A stretch of 64,000 nt of DNA from Oligoflexales bacterium (GTDB lineage: Bacteria > Bdellovibrionota_B > Oligoflexia > Oligoflexales > RGVZ01). The notes beneath the pieces were generated by a model. The model was given only the letters and a program-made list of their open reading frames with translations, searched no databases and had not been told where the DNA came from. The DNA lies in assembly GCA_947445775.1 (NCBI GenBank), contig CANFEB010000001.1, forward strand, positions 147,291-211,290, given 5' to 3'. The number at the start of each line of letters is the position of its first letter. The first letter of the stretch is position 1. This document shows positions 7,931 to 17,653 of this stretch, one piece after another. A program made the translations under genes and the position numbers.

Positions 7931-10672
7931 ATGAACGAGCCTCAAAACCTGACGCCCATGCTGCGGCAATACTTCGACCTCAAGGCGCAGGCCGGGGATG
8001 CGGTGCTATTTTGCCGTATGGGTGATTTCTATGAAATCTTTGGCCCGGATGCCGAAGAAGTCGCCCCGAAAATGGACGTTGTCCTGACCAGCCGCGAACG
8101 CGGTGATGCCGAGCGCATGCCCTTTTGCGGAGTTCCGTATCACAGCGTTAAAACCTACTGGCTCAAGCTTTTAAAGCAGGGCTACAAGGTCGCCATTGCT
8201 GAACAATTGGAAGACCCCGCCCAGAGCAAGGGCCTGGTAGAACGTGGAATTGTCCGGACTTTGACCCCAGGGTGCATCGACGAGCTTGAGGCCCTGGACT
8301 CTGCTGCCACTAACTATATTTTAGCCGCCTACGAATGCCCGACCGAAAAATCATGGTCTGCCCTGGTGGTGGAACTTTCCACCGGCGAGCTGCGCCTTGG
8401 CAAAATGAAACTGACGGAACTCCCCCGGCTGGCCCAGGTATTTCGCCCAAAAGAAATCTGGGCGCGGAGCTTTCAACACGAGCCCCTCAAAAGCCTTCTC
8501 GCGCCGGCCCTGGCTCCGGCGTCCATGGATGATTTTCCGGTGCTTTTCGAAGCCCTTCCAGAAGCCCCACTGCGCGACGCAAGCCTCGCCCGCGACCTGT
8601 TGAAATCCTGCCTCGGACAAGAAAACCTCGATGGCTTTTCGTGCGGAAAAATCGCCGGCGGCGCAGAGGTTTTGGCTGCCGCCCTGCAGCGCCTACGCAA
8701 CCTGAATGCGACGAGTTCGCACTTTCGAACGGTAAAACCGCTTTTTGATCCCGACCACATGATCCTCGGGCCGACCGCAGTGCGCGACCTCGAGTTGTTT
8801 GAAACCGCCCTGCGCCGCCAACAAGACGGCAGCTTGGCGCGCACCATAGACCGGACGCTGACGCCGATGGGGTCGCGGCGCTTGCGTGAACTCCTCGCCC
8901 GGCCTCTGGTGCATCAAAAAAAACTTTGTGCGCGGCTTGATGTCGTGGAATTTTTGGCGGGGCTTGGTGATGACCGCCTCGCACACCTGCGCGACGCCCT
9001 GCGCAAGACGTCCGATCTGGCGCGCCTGACCACGAGGGTCATGGCTCGATCCGCCCATCCGTCCGAGCTGGCCATGGTCCGTCAAACCCTCGGCAACTCA
9101 GCAGTGTTAGCGCGCCAAATTCGCGATGTCGCTGGCAACGATGCCAAGGCGGAACTTTTGCGGAGCCTTTTGACTCCACTTGCGGCCACGGGCGCGGTCC
9201 TAGAAATTTTGCTGGCGGCCCTGGCTGAACATCCGGCGACCCTCGGCTCGGGGTCGGGAGTCTTTCGTGAAGGCTGGAACAAAAATCTTGATTCGTGCAA
9301 TGCCCTCGCCCAAGGCGGCGAAAATCTAGTTGCTGCTTATGAACAGAAACTGCGCGGCGAGTCCGGCATTGGAAACCTAAAAATCAAGCCCCATAAGACT
9401 TTTGGGCTGCTGATCGAAATCACCCGTGCCAACGCCGGCAAAGTCCCGGCGCATTTTATTCGGCGCCAAACCATGGTGAATTGCGAGCGTTTTGCGACGC
9501 CAGACCTGGACCGCCTGGGGACTGATTTGCTTGCTGCGCAAGATGCCGCCACCTGCCGCGAGGCAGAATTATATGCCGGCCTTCTGGAAACCCTCGCCCA
9601 ACACCGCGACGCCCTTTATTCCTGCGCCGAAGCCCTCGCCGAGGCCGACGTCTGGCAGGCCTTCGCCTGGCTCGCCCTAAAAGAAAACTATTGTCGGCCG
9701 GTGACCTTGGCGGCTGAGATAGCCACTGGCACAGCCGGAGACACAGCCACTAGCGTGGGCCAGGAAAACCAAACGGCAAAAATCAAATTGCTGGCCGCCC
9801 GCCATCCCGTTGTGGAACGCAACGTTGGACGCCACAACTTTGTCGCCAACGATGTCGAAATGACCGCCGGTGTGCGCCAACTCTTGATCACCGGGCCGAA
9901 CATGGCCGGCAAGTCCACCATCATGCGCCAGACTGCTATTTGCGCGATTTTACATCAGGCCGGCTCTTTCGTACCGGCATCTGCGGCAGAGCTTCCGGTT
10001 TTTGACCGCGTATTCACCCGCGTTGGTGCATCGGACGACCTGTCCCGCGGGCTGTCGACGTTCATGGTCGAAATGACCGAGGCAGCCGAAATTCTGCGTG
10101 AGGCCACATCCAATAGCCTCGTTATCCTGGATGAAGTCGGGCGGGGGACTTCCACCACCGATGGCTTGGCCATTGCCGCAGCCATATTGGAGGAGATCGC
10201 CACGCGCAACTTGTCGTGGACCCTGTTTGCGACCCACTACCACGAACTCGTTGGAAGTTCGGCCCACCTGGCGAGTGTGAAACCCGTCCAGACGGAGGTC
10301 CTTCAACAGGGGGCCAAGGTTATTTTCACCCACCGCCTGATTTCTGGTGCTAGCGGCAGTTCATATGGAATTGAAGTTGCAAGGCTGGCCGGCGTTCCCG
10401 AGGCGGTGCTGGCGAGGGCTCAAAAATCCATTTTGGAACCGGCTACTCTGGCCAGGCACCAGATGTTGGATCGGGCGGCGGCGGGAGGCGCGTCCATAAA
10501 AGCCCGAGAAATCGTCCCAAACCCAGTTCTGGAGCGCCTTGAAACGGTGCGCATCAACCGCATGACGCCTCTCCAGGCTTTGAATTTACTGGCCGAGTTG
10601 ACCGAACTTCATGCGGGTCTGGGCGGGGAAAATGGGAGAATCAGCGGCCAAGGCGAGCTTTTTTCCCCGTAA
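7931..10672 (+). CDS. mutS: DNA mismatch repair protein MutS
   Basis: 913 aa. N-terminal TPMLRQYFDLKAQ...FYEIFG mismatch-binding motif, Walker A GPNMAGKST, and STFMVEM...DEVGRGTST. Confidence 0.95.
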   Translation: MNEPQNLTPMLRQYFDLKAQAGDAVLFCRMGDFYEIFGPDAEEVAPKMDVVLTSRERGDAERMPFCGVPYHSVKTYWLKLLKQGYKVAIAEQLEDPAQSKGLVERGIVRTLTPGCIDELEALDSAATNYILAAYECPTEKSWSALVVELSTGELRLGKMKLTELPRLAQVFRPKEIWARSFQHEPLKSLLAPALAPASMDDFPVLFEALPEAPLRDASLARDLLKSCLGQENLDGFSCGKIAGGAEVLAAALQRLRNLNATSSHFRTVKPLFDPDHMILGPTAVRDLELFETALRRQQDGSLARTIDRTLTPMGSRRLRELLARPLVHQKKLCARLDVVEFLAGLGDDRLAHLRDALRKTSDLARLTTRVMARSAHPSELAMVRQTLGNSAVLARQIRDVAGNDAKAELLRSLLTPLAATGAVLEILLAALAEHPATLGSGSGVFREGWNKNLDSCNALAQGGENLVAAYEQKLRGESGIGNLKIKPHKTFGLLIEITRANAGKVPAHFIRRQTMVNCERFATPDLDRLGTDLLAAQDAATCREAELYAGLLETLAQHRDALYSCAEALAEADVWQAFAWLALKENYCRPVTLAAEIATGTAGDTATSVGQENQTAKIKLLAARHPVVERNVGRHNFVANDVEMTAGVRQLLITGPNMAGKSTIMRQTAICAILHQAGSFVPASAAELPVFDRVFTRVGASDDLSRGLSTFMVEMTEAAEILREATSNSLVILDEVGRGTSTTDGLAIAAAILEEIATRNLSWTLFATHYHELVGSSAHLASVKPVQTEVLQQGAKVIFTHRLISGASGSSYGIEVARLAGVPEAVLARAQKSILEPATLARHQMLDRAAAGGASIKAREIVPNPVLERLETVRINRMTPLQALNLLAELTELHAGLGGENGRISGQGELFSP

Positions 10673-10813
10673 TGGGCGTTGCGCGGCTGGATTTGAAAGG
10701 GTTTAATATTGTGGACGCGGTGGCCGGTATTGCCACCTTCAGAAACTTCGGTGGGCAGAAACTTGTTTAAAGAACTTATTAAAAAAGTGATGTCAGGCAA
10801 GGAAGCTAGCAGC

Positions 10814-11743
10814 ATGGCCAAAAGCAAATCGAAAACCACTTCTAAAAAAGTCGCACCCGCTAAAAAACCAGCGGGAAAATCAACCACCGCGAGTAAAGCG
10901 AAGCCGGCGGCAAAGTCTGCCGCCAAAACGCCTGTCAAAGCCGCGTCCAAGCCTATTGCCAAAACGGCTGTCAGAGCCGCGTCCAAGCCTATTGCCAAAA
11001 CGGCTGTCAAAGCCGCGCCCAAGCCCTTCGGCAAACCTGCCGCAAAAGCAACGCTAACGAAAGCTGCTCCCGCGAAAGCAACTCTAACGAAAGCAACTCC
11101 GGCGAAAGCTGCTCCAACCAAGACCGCGCCAAAAATGGCACCCGTCGCCGCCGCACCGAAGGCTGGCATCAAACCGGTGTCAACATCCGGGAAAAGCGCT
11201 CCTGTTGCACCGAAGCCGACACCAACCATCATTAAACCGACGATTAAAATGCCGGTCAAAATGCCGATGAAAGCGATGAATGTGTCGAGCCGAGACGACG
11301 ACGAAGATTCGGACGATGCCGCTACGACAAAGCGCGCCGGAACTTCTTCCGACTTGTTCTCCGAAGAAGAGCTGATGGTGTTTCGCAACATGTTGAATGA
11401 CGAAAAACGCAAAATCGCCGCCAAATCAGCCATTGCCAGCGGTAATATCGCGCTGGAAAAAGATGAAATGTACGACGAAGTCGATTTGGCTTCGGCAACC
11501 GTAGAACAAAATCTGACCCTCAGGCTTCTCGACCGTGACCGGAAACTGATGGGCGAAATCGACCATGCCATCGCCAAGATCGACACCGGTGATTACGGTT
11601 TCTGTGAAGGCACTGGCGAAGTCATTCCTAAGCGCCGCTTGGAACTGCGTCCGTGGTGCCGCCACAGCGTCAAGTACAAGGAACAACTTGAGCGCATGAA
11701 GAAATCAGGGCGCGGAGTGGCCGACGAAGACGAAGCGTTTTAA
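10814..11743 (+). CDS. DksA/TraR-family RNA polymerase-binding protein with ~160-aa histone-H1/AlgP-like Lys-Ala-Pro N-terminal domain
   Basis: The C-terminus aligns by eye with DksA: coiled-coil tip DEVDLA (DxxDxA), LLDRDRKLMGEID, and a finger region GFCEGTGEVIPKRRLELRPWCRHS with only 2 of 4 Cys. The N-terminus is AKxxAK/PAAK repeats. ATG 10814 has an AAGGAAG Shine-Dalgarno; the ORF is open from 10709. Confidence 0.75.
   Translation: MAKSKSKTTSKKVAPAKKPAGKSTTASKAKPAAKSAAKTPVKAASKPIAKTAVRAASKPIAKTAVKAAPKPFGKPAAKATLTKAAPAKATLTKATPAKAAPTKTAPKMAPVAAAPKAGIKPVSTSGKSAPVAPKPTPTIIKPTIKMPVKMPMKAMNVSSRDDDEDSDDAATTKRAGTSSDLFSEEELMVFRNMLNDEKRKIAAKSAIASGNIALEKDEMYDEVDLASATVEQNLTLRLLDRDRKLMGEIDHAIAKIDTGDYGFCEGTGEVIPKRRLELRPWCRHSVKYKEQLERMKKSGRGVADEDEAF
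10940..11017 (+). repeat. 39-bp tandem duplication inside the H1-like domain
   Basis: GCCGCGTCCAAGCCTATTGCCAAAACGGCTGTCA(G/A)A occurs twice (encoding AASKPIAKTAV R/K). A second ATLTKAxPAK repeat follows at ~11044-11115. Confidence 0.85.
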
Positions 11744-11779
11744 CGCCGGCGTCACCCTGAACGCACCGGAGGGCCCTTT

Positions 11780-13135
11780 CTAGGGGCAGCTCGCTGGCTT
11801 GGTCACCCCAGGCGTATTGGCTGACAGTGTCACGAACTGCGCACACAAATCAGCGGGCGCCGACCCTGGGGTTGGATACTGGGCTAAAATTTGGACTGAC
11901 AGTGCCGTGACGGCGCTCGAAGTAAACTGCCCCTTCAATGCGCCCTGCTGTTTCGCACTTTCACTAGATCCTGAAATAGAACCTGCCGTCGTTTTCAGTG
12001 CCGTCATCGAAGTCGAAATCCCCTTAGAAATTTCGACCGTGCTGGAACTCATTGCTGCAAACGCCTGACTCGCCGAATTCATCGCCGAAAGGGTCGCTGC
12101 CAACTGCGTTATCGAGCCAGAAACCGCACTTGGAAATACCGTATCAATCGAATTAATCAAATCGGTCGAGGCATCCACCATTTTGCCTAAATCCGGAAAA
12201 CTCGTCATCGCCTGGTACTTAGTCACGCGGCCTTGAAGGTTTGAAATTCCTGCTGTCGCGCTGGCTCCCGACGAATAATTGAGAATATTGTAAAAAGCCA
12301 AGGCCTCGCCAATGTGGGAGAAAGCCCAGATCAAATGGATGCTGCCCTTGCGTTTGCTGCTGCGCCTTGCCGAGGTCGGACAGGTGGTCGTGCTATCGCG
12401 GGGATCATCCACATCGCGGACAGAATCCTCGATGAACCCGCACAGATAGGTGGGGACCCGGTTCAGGTAAGACAGCAATGGCACCGCACCTCGCAGGGTA
12501 TCGTTGACGGCCTGGGGATTAACCAAGGGGTAGTCGGCATAAAAAGTTTTTCCATAATTGGTTGCATCCACATAGTCCGTTGAAAGGGTCGACTTATCTG
12601 AATCAGTCAGGTCAACCAAATCCTTCAGCGTGTCCATGGTGGAGGTCAAAGATGACGTCGCTGTCAGTAACTTTTGCTCCCGTTCCATTGTTTTAGCAGC
12701 TTGGGTATTTTCTGGTTGCGGCGTCGCCGCATCCTTCGCAATCGCATCTGACATCAAATCCAAGTCGACTTCCCAATGGCCCGTGAGCTTTTCCGGTACA
12801 GCCGTCAGATTTGATCCGCTGCCACCAAGGGTGATCAATTTTTTCAGCAACGAAAACGAATCCATCCCGCCTTGTGCCAAGCTGATGTAACCAAGGATGA
12901 TGGCCCCGCCTTCATTTTGCCCATCTTCCTTCAAAGCCTTCTCGGCCAGGCTTGCCGCGTCCGAAAAAGACCCCCGGTCATAGGCAGCGCGGGCGCGCAC
13001 TAGCAGGCTGTCCACGCCGTCATCATCGGCCCAGATTTTGGTCCAGTTGGTGTCTGGTCCGCAGGAGGTCATGACCATCATGCTCATCAGGCCAGCAAGT
13101 CCCGTCAAGAGACTTCTTTTGGAAACAAATCCCAT
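11780..13135 (-). CDS. Hypothetical lipoprotein (451 aa)
   Basis: MGFVSKRSLLTGLAGLMSMMVMTSC has a lipobox. It lies 15 nt downstream of ftsB on the same strand. I recognise no catalytic motif. Confidence 0.65.
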   Translation of the reverse strand: MGFVSKRSLLTGLAGLMSMMVMTSCGPDTNWTKIWADDDGVDSLLVRARAAYDRGSFSDAASLAEKALKEDGQNEGGAIILGYISLAQGGMDSFSLLKKLITLGGSGSNLTAVPEKLTGHWEVDLDLMSDAIAKDAATPQPENTQAAKTMEREQKLLTATSSLTSTMDTLKDLVDLTDSDKSTLSTDYVDATNYGKTFYADYPLVNPQAVNDTLRGAVPLLSYLNRVPTYLCGFIEDSVRDVDDPRDSTTTCPTSARRSSKRKGSIHLIWAFSHIGEALAFYNILNYSSGASATAGISNLQGRVTKYQAMTSFPDLGKMVDASTDLINSIDTVFPSAVSGSITQLAATLSAMNSASQAFAAMSSSTVEISKGISTSMTALKTTAGSISGSSESAKQQGALKGQFTSSAVTALSVQILAQYPTPGSAPADLCAQFVTLSANTPGVTKPASCP

Positions 13136-13150
13136 GGAAATTCCCCGCTG

Positions 13151-13447
13151 TTATTCGGTGAAAAAAATGATTTTCTCGTCGCTATCCGTCACGTGATATT
13201 TGTCTCGCAGAACCTTACGCGCATAACTTTTCGAAGAATTAATCCGCTCGATTTCTTGCTGCATCTCACGGTTCTCGCTTTCAAGGACCGCCACGGCCAC
13301 ATCCAGCTTACGGGCACTGTCCTTAAGTTTGAAATAGGCGCCGATGGAACTGCGTCCGCGCACCACTCCAACCATAAGCACAATCACAGCAAACCAGCCG
13401 AGCCAGCGCATGATTTTGCGAATGTCATGTTCCGAGAAAATGTTCAT
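13151..13447 (-). CDS. ftsB: Cell division protein FtsB/DivIC (septum formation initiator)
   Basis: 98 aa with one N-terminal TM segment (WLGWFAVIVLMVGVV), then a coiled coil LESENREMQQEIERINSSKSYARKVLRDKYHV. Confidence 0.8.
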   Translation of the reverse strand: MNIFSEHDIRKIMRWLGWFAVIVLMVGVVRGRSSIGAYFKLKDSARKLDVAVAVLESENREMQQEIERINSSKSYARKVLRDKYHVTDSDEKIIFFTE

Positions 13448-13493
13448 GATCCGATTATATCAGCGAACAAGGCGGGGGACTAACAAACGGCGG

Positions 13494-15779
13494 CTAAATG
13501 TCGTCCCAATCGTAGGTCAATTCCTTGCCCAAATCGGGCTCCAGGTGGTGCGTCGCCACCTTGCGCTTGCCGAGGCCGTCAAACTCGACGACCGCCTTGA
13601 CGTGTCCAAATTCATCGATGATTTGATCAATAATTCCGGCCCCATAAGTTGGGTGCTGGACCCGGTCGCCGACGGCAGCCGTGTAGGAGGCTGCCACCTT
13701 TTGCTTGGTGGGCTTGCTGGAACCGGCAAAATCATCTTGATCATCGTCATTTTCGTGATTGTGCTGCCAGGAATCCGCGGCGGCCTTGTGATTGGCGTCG
13801 GTCGCCATGAGCTCGCGAGGAATTTCCTTCAGGAATCTTGACGGCATGTTAGCCATGGTGTTGTTGTACACGCGGCGGCGAAACGCACTGGAAAGCGAAA
13901 GTTTTTTTCGGGCCCGCGTCATGCCGACGTAAAACAGGCGCCGCTCTTCTTCAAGGTCTGCCGTATCCTCGGTAGACTTGCCGTAGGGGAGCAGGCCATC
14001 TTCGACCCCGACAATATAAACCCGGTCATACTCCAGCCCCTTGGCGCTATGTAAGGTCATCAGGCTGACGCCCTGGGCATTTTCATCTTCCGTGGTCACC
14101 AGCGTCACCGACTGCAACCAATCAGAAAGGGCTGCGAGGCCCTTTTTAGATCCCTCTTCTTCAAAAACTGCGAGGGCGCCGGCCAGGTCGTGGATGTTTT
14201 CCAGCTTATCGACAACCTTGTCTGGAAAGCGGTTTTCTAGCCAAGTCCGGTAGCCCGTCAGTTTCACGAGGGATTCGACAAAACTCTCCAAGCCGCTCAC
14301 GGCAAGTTGCGATTTAAGTTCATCCAAAAGTTCGGCAAAGGCCCGAAACTTAGGGCCGACGCGCGGTGCATTGTCATCGGCCAATTGCTTTAGGGTCGCC
14401 AGCATCGGCTTTCCACGTTCCGTTGCCGCCTTCGCCAATTGATCCACCGCCGTGTCACCAAGGCCGCGTGCTGGCACGTTGATCACCCGACGCAAGCTGA
14501 CATCATCTGCTGGATTCGCCAGCAGGCGCATGTATGCCATCAGGTCTTTGATTTCAGCCCGGTCAAAAAAGCGCAGCGCACCGTAGACCCGGTAAGGAAT
14601 TCGGTCCCGGCGCAGGGCTTCTTCCAGGGGACGCGACTGGCCGTTGGTCCGGTAAAAAATCGCAACGTCACGCAAGGGATAGCTGGCTATTTCATCCAGG
14701 ATCGAGCGGGCCACGGCCCAGGCTTCAACTTCCTCGTCGGCCTCGATGCGGAAATTAATCGGATCGCCACGGTCGTTGGCGGTCCAAAGTTTTTTTGGAG
14801 CGCGCTTGGTATTGTTCGCAATGACGGAACTTGCTGCATCGACAATGGTGCTGGTCGATCGGTAGTTTTGCTCAAGCTTCAGGGCCTTAGCGTCAGGATA
14901 GGTTGTCGCAAATTCTAAAATATTTGCTGGCGACGCCCCCCGCCAACTATAGATCGACTGGTCATCATCGCCGACCACGCACAGGTTGCGATGCGCCGCC
15001 GCCAATAAGGTCAAAAGATCGTTTTGGGTCTTATTGGTGTCTTGGTATTCATCGACCAGAACATAACGGTATTTTTGTTGCATCGCCGTGCGCACGTGCA
15101 CGTTATTGCGCAGCAGGAGCAGCATGTTCATTAGAAGGTCGTCAAAATCCATGGCGTTGGAAGCTGCCAGAACCTCCTGGTAGCGTTTGTAGACGTTAAG
15201 GGCCGCCACGGGCATCGACTCGCCATACTTGGCGTTGATGGTTTCGCGTTCATGGGGAAATAGCGCCTCCGTTTTAACGTCATGCAGAAAACCGCGGTAA
15301 TCGCCGACGGTGAGGTTTTTATCTAGTTTGATTTCGAGTTCTTTCAGCACGGCCTTGAGCGCAGAGATTGTGTCGCTGTCGTCATAGATCGTAAAATCAG
15401 AGGTAAATCCGGCCTCAACAGCAAACTCTCGCAGCCACCGGGCACAGGCCGAATGAAAGGTGGTGATCAGGGCCCTGGAACCATAGGGAGTTAATTGCTC
15501 GACCCGCCCGCGCATTTCGCCCGCTGCTTTATTGGTAAAAGTCACGGCGACGATTTGCCAGGGCGGGACGCCACTTTCGATCAAATGCACGATGCGCCGC
15601 GTGATGACTCGGGTTTTACCAGAGCCTGCCCCGGCAAAAATGACCATCGGCCCATCGATGTGTGCCGCGGCCTCGCGCTGAATTGGACACAGGTCCACAA
15701 GGCACGCATCGCGCGCGTCCTCGCGACCCCGAATTCCTCCGGGGCGCAAAACATCAAATAGGTCCGGTTTTTCAGTCAT
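13494..15779 (-). CDS. uvrD: ATP-dependent DNA helicase UvrD/PcrA
   Basis: Walker A AGAGSGKT, DEYQDTN, TLHSAKGLEYD, VGMTRA. A C-terminal Tudor-like tail ...GDRVQHPTYGAGII. Start taken as MTEKPDLF (ATG 15779) so it does not overlap glmS. Confidence 0.92.
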   Translation of the reverse strand: MTEKPDLFDVLRPGGIRGREDARDACLVDLCPIQREAAAHIDGPMVIFAGAGSGKTRVITRRIVHLIESGVPPWQIVAVTFTNKAAGEMRGRVEQLTPYGSRALITTFHSACARWLREFAVEAGFTSDFTIYDDSDTISALKAVLKELEIKLDKNLTVGDYRGFLHDVKTEALFPHERETINAKYGESMPVAALNVYKRYQEVLAASNAMDFDDLLMNMLLLLRNNVHVRTAMQQKYRYVLVDEYQDTNKTQNDLLTLLAAAHRNLCVVGDDDQSIYSWRGASPANILEFATTYPDAKALKLEQNYRSTSTIVDAASSVIANNTKRAPKKLWTANDRGDPINFRIEADEEVEAWAVARSILDEIASYPLRDVAIFYRTNGQSRPLEEALRRDRIPYRVYGALRFFDRAEIKDLMAYMRLLANPADDVSLRRVINVPARGLGDTAVDQLAKAATERGKPMLATLKQLADDNAPRVGPKFRAFAELLDELKSQLAVSGLESFVESLVKLTGYRTWLENRFPDKVVDKLENIHDLAGALAVFEEEGSKKGLAALSDWLQSVTLVTTEDENAQGVSLMTLHSAKGLEYDRVYIVGVEDGLLPYGKSTEDTADLEEERRLFYVGMTRARKKLSLSSAFRRRVYNNTMANMPSRFLKEIPRELMATDANHKAAADSWQHNHENDDDQDDFAGSSKPTKQKVAASYTAAVGDRVQHPTYGAGIIDQIIDEFGHVKAVVEFDGLGKRKVATHHLEPDLGKELTYDWDDI

Positions 15780-15780
15780 C

Positions 15781-17625
15781 TTATTCCACGGTGACGGACT
15801 TCGCCAGATTTCGCGGTTGATCAACATCAGTTCCGCGCATGTCGGCTGCATAATACGCGAGAAGCTGCAACGGGATCACCGAAAGAATCGCCTGCAAATG
15901 GTCATCGCCAACCTGTGGGCACGGAATATAATGCTCGCAAATTGATTGGAACCGTTCGTCTCCGATGTCTCCAACCCCGATGATACGGCCCTGGCGCGCG
16001 CGGACTTCCTCAATATTGGAAATCATTTTTTCATACGTGCTGTCGCGCGGAGCAATTGACACGACCGGCATGTGACGGTCCACCAGGGCGATGGGCCCAT
16101 GTTTCAATTCGCCCCCGGCGTAGCCTTCGGCGTGGATGTAGGAAACTTCTTTCAACTTCAACGCACCCTCTGTGGCCACAGGAAAACTTGGGCCACGCCC
16201 AATAAACAGCATGTTCTGTGCTTCGTAGATCTTATGGGCGACCTCCTCAATGACCCCAGCGGCATTCACCGCACGGTCTACCAATGCTGGAAGACGCCGC
16301 ATGGCGTCAAAGGATTTCTCTAGGCGCCCTGGGTCCACCTTGCCGCGCTTTACTCCCATCGCCAAAGCCACAATGTAAAAACTAAGGACCATGGCCGTGA
16401 ATGCTTTTGTTGATGCGACGCCCACCTCTGGCCCGGCCTCCATGTACAAAACCGCCTGGGAAGCCCGAGGAATAGAAGAGAACCTCACATTGCAGATGCT
16501 CATGACCTGGCAACCTTGCGCCGCTGCATGCTTCACGCAAGCCAACGTATCGGCAGTCTCACCGGATTGTGAAACGGCGATCACCAGTGTTGATGAATCA
16601 ATGCACGGGTTGCGGTAACGGAATTCACTGGCTAATTCGACGTTGGCGGGCAGGCGCGTGAATTCTTCGATCATATAGCGCCCGATTTGGCCGGCATAAT
16701 GGGCGGTGCCGCAAGCGACGATGGCGACGTTTTTGATCCGGCCTAGATCCAAGGCGTCCAAGCCAGTTTCCTTTTCGACAAAACCGTTGGCCTTCAAATC
16801 CAGAAGGCGGCTCATCATGCTGGACATCACCGCCGGCTGCTCATGGATCTCCTTGAGCATGTAGTGCTTGTAGCCTTGCTTGTCGGCACTGGCCGCCGAC
16901 CAATTCAAGACCGCTGGTTCCCGGCGCAGCGGCTGGCCCGAGAAATCCCAAACCTCAATCTTGTCGGCCGTCAGGCGCGCAAATTCCCCGTCCATCAAAA
17001 AAACAGCGCGATTCGTATGGGGCAACAGGGCCAAGGCATCGCTGCCAAAGAAGTTCTCGCCGTCACCGGCCCCCAACACCACCGGGCTGCCCTGCTTGAC
17101 CACATAAATCTGGCCCGGCTCGCGGGCATAGATAATCCCCAATGCGTAGGCGCCGCGCAGGTGCTTGACCGTCGCCATGATTGCCGCCTTCAAATCTTTG
17201 GTCCGGTCGAGTTCTGCGTGAAGTTGATGCAGGACCACTTCCGTGTCGGTGTCGCTCTTGAATTCGACGCCAGACTTCATGAGCTGTTCTTTCAACTCAC
17301 GGTAATTTTCAATGATGCCGTTATGGATGATGACTAGATCGCCATGCAAATGCGGATGGGCATTGCGGGCTGTCGGTGCGCCGTGGGTTGCCCAGCGCGT
17401 ATGCCCCATGCCCATCGTTGCCTTCTGGGGCAACTCCCCGAGGTGGGGTTCCAAATGAATGAGCTTGCCCTCGGCTTTGACCAGCTCGATTTTGGCTGGA
17501 CCATTTTCAGTGTCGAGCACTGCGATGCCAGCAGAGTCGTAGCCACGGTATTCAAGGCGCTTCAAACCGTCAAAGATCAAGCGGGCACAAGGCTTGGAAC
17601 CAACGTATCCAATGACACCACACAT
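15781..17625 (-). CDS. glmS: Glutamine--fructose-6-phosphate aminotransferase
   Basis: MCGVIGYVG N-terminal nucleophile, two SIS domains, and C-terminal ...DVDQPRNLAKSVTVE. Confidence 0.97.
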   Translation of the reverse strand: MCGVIGYVGSKPCARLIFDGLKRLEYRGYDSAGIAVLDTENGPAKIELVKAEGKLIHLEPHLGELPQKATMGMGHTRWATHGAPTARNAHPHLHGDLVIIHNGIIENYRELKEQLMKSGVEFKSDTDTEVVLHQLHAELDRTKDLKAAIMATVKHLRGAYALGIIYAREPGQIYVVKQGSPVVLGAGDGENFFGSDALALLPHTNRAVFLMDGEFARLTADKIEVWDFSGQPLRREPAVLNWSAASADKQGYKHYMLKEIHEQPAVMSSMMSRLLDLKANGFVEKETGLDALDLGRIKNVAIVACGTAHYAGQIGRYMIEEFTRLPANVELASEFRYRNPCIDSSTLVIAVSQSGETADTLACVKHAAAQGCQVMSICNVRFSSIPRASQAVLYMEAGPEVGVASTKAFTAMVLSFYIVALAMGVKRGKVDPGRLEKSFDAMRRLPALVDRAVNAAGVIEEVAHKIYEAQNMLFIGRGPSFPVATEGALKLKEVSYIHAEGYAGGELKHGPIALVDRHMPVVSIAPRDSTYEKMISNIEEVRARQGRIIGVGDIGDERFQSICEHYIPCPQVGDDHLQAILSVIPLQLLAYYAADMRGTDVDQPRNLAKSVTVE

Positions 17626-17653
17626 ATAAGTGTTCCTGTCCGAAAAAAAATTT

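Noticed and set aside
15780-15851. N-terminal extensions suggested by the ORF track. Examples: uvrD from 15851 (overlapping glmS), VOC from 19558, rsfS from 5352, fliR from 54611, fliA from 60695, hldD from 47299, and glmU from 18832.
   Set aside because: In each case the internal start gives a family-typical N-terminus, a Shine-Dalgarno, and/or a stop-start overlap with the upstream gene. The extensions would overlap neighbouring genes.
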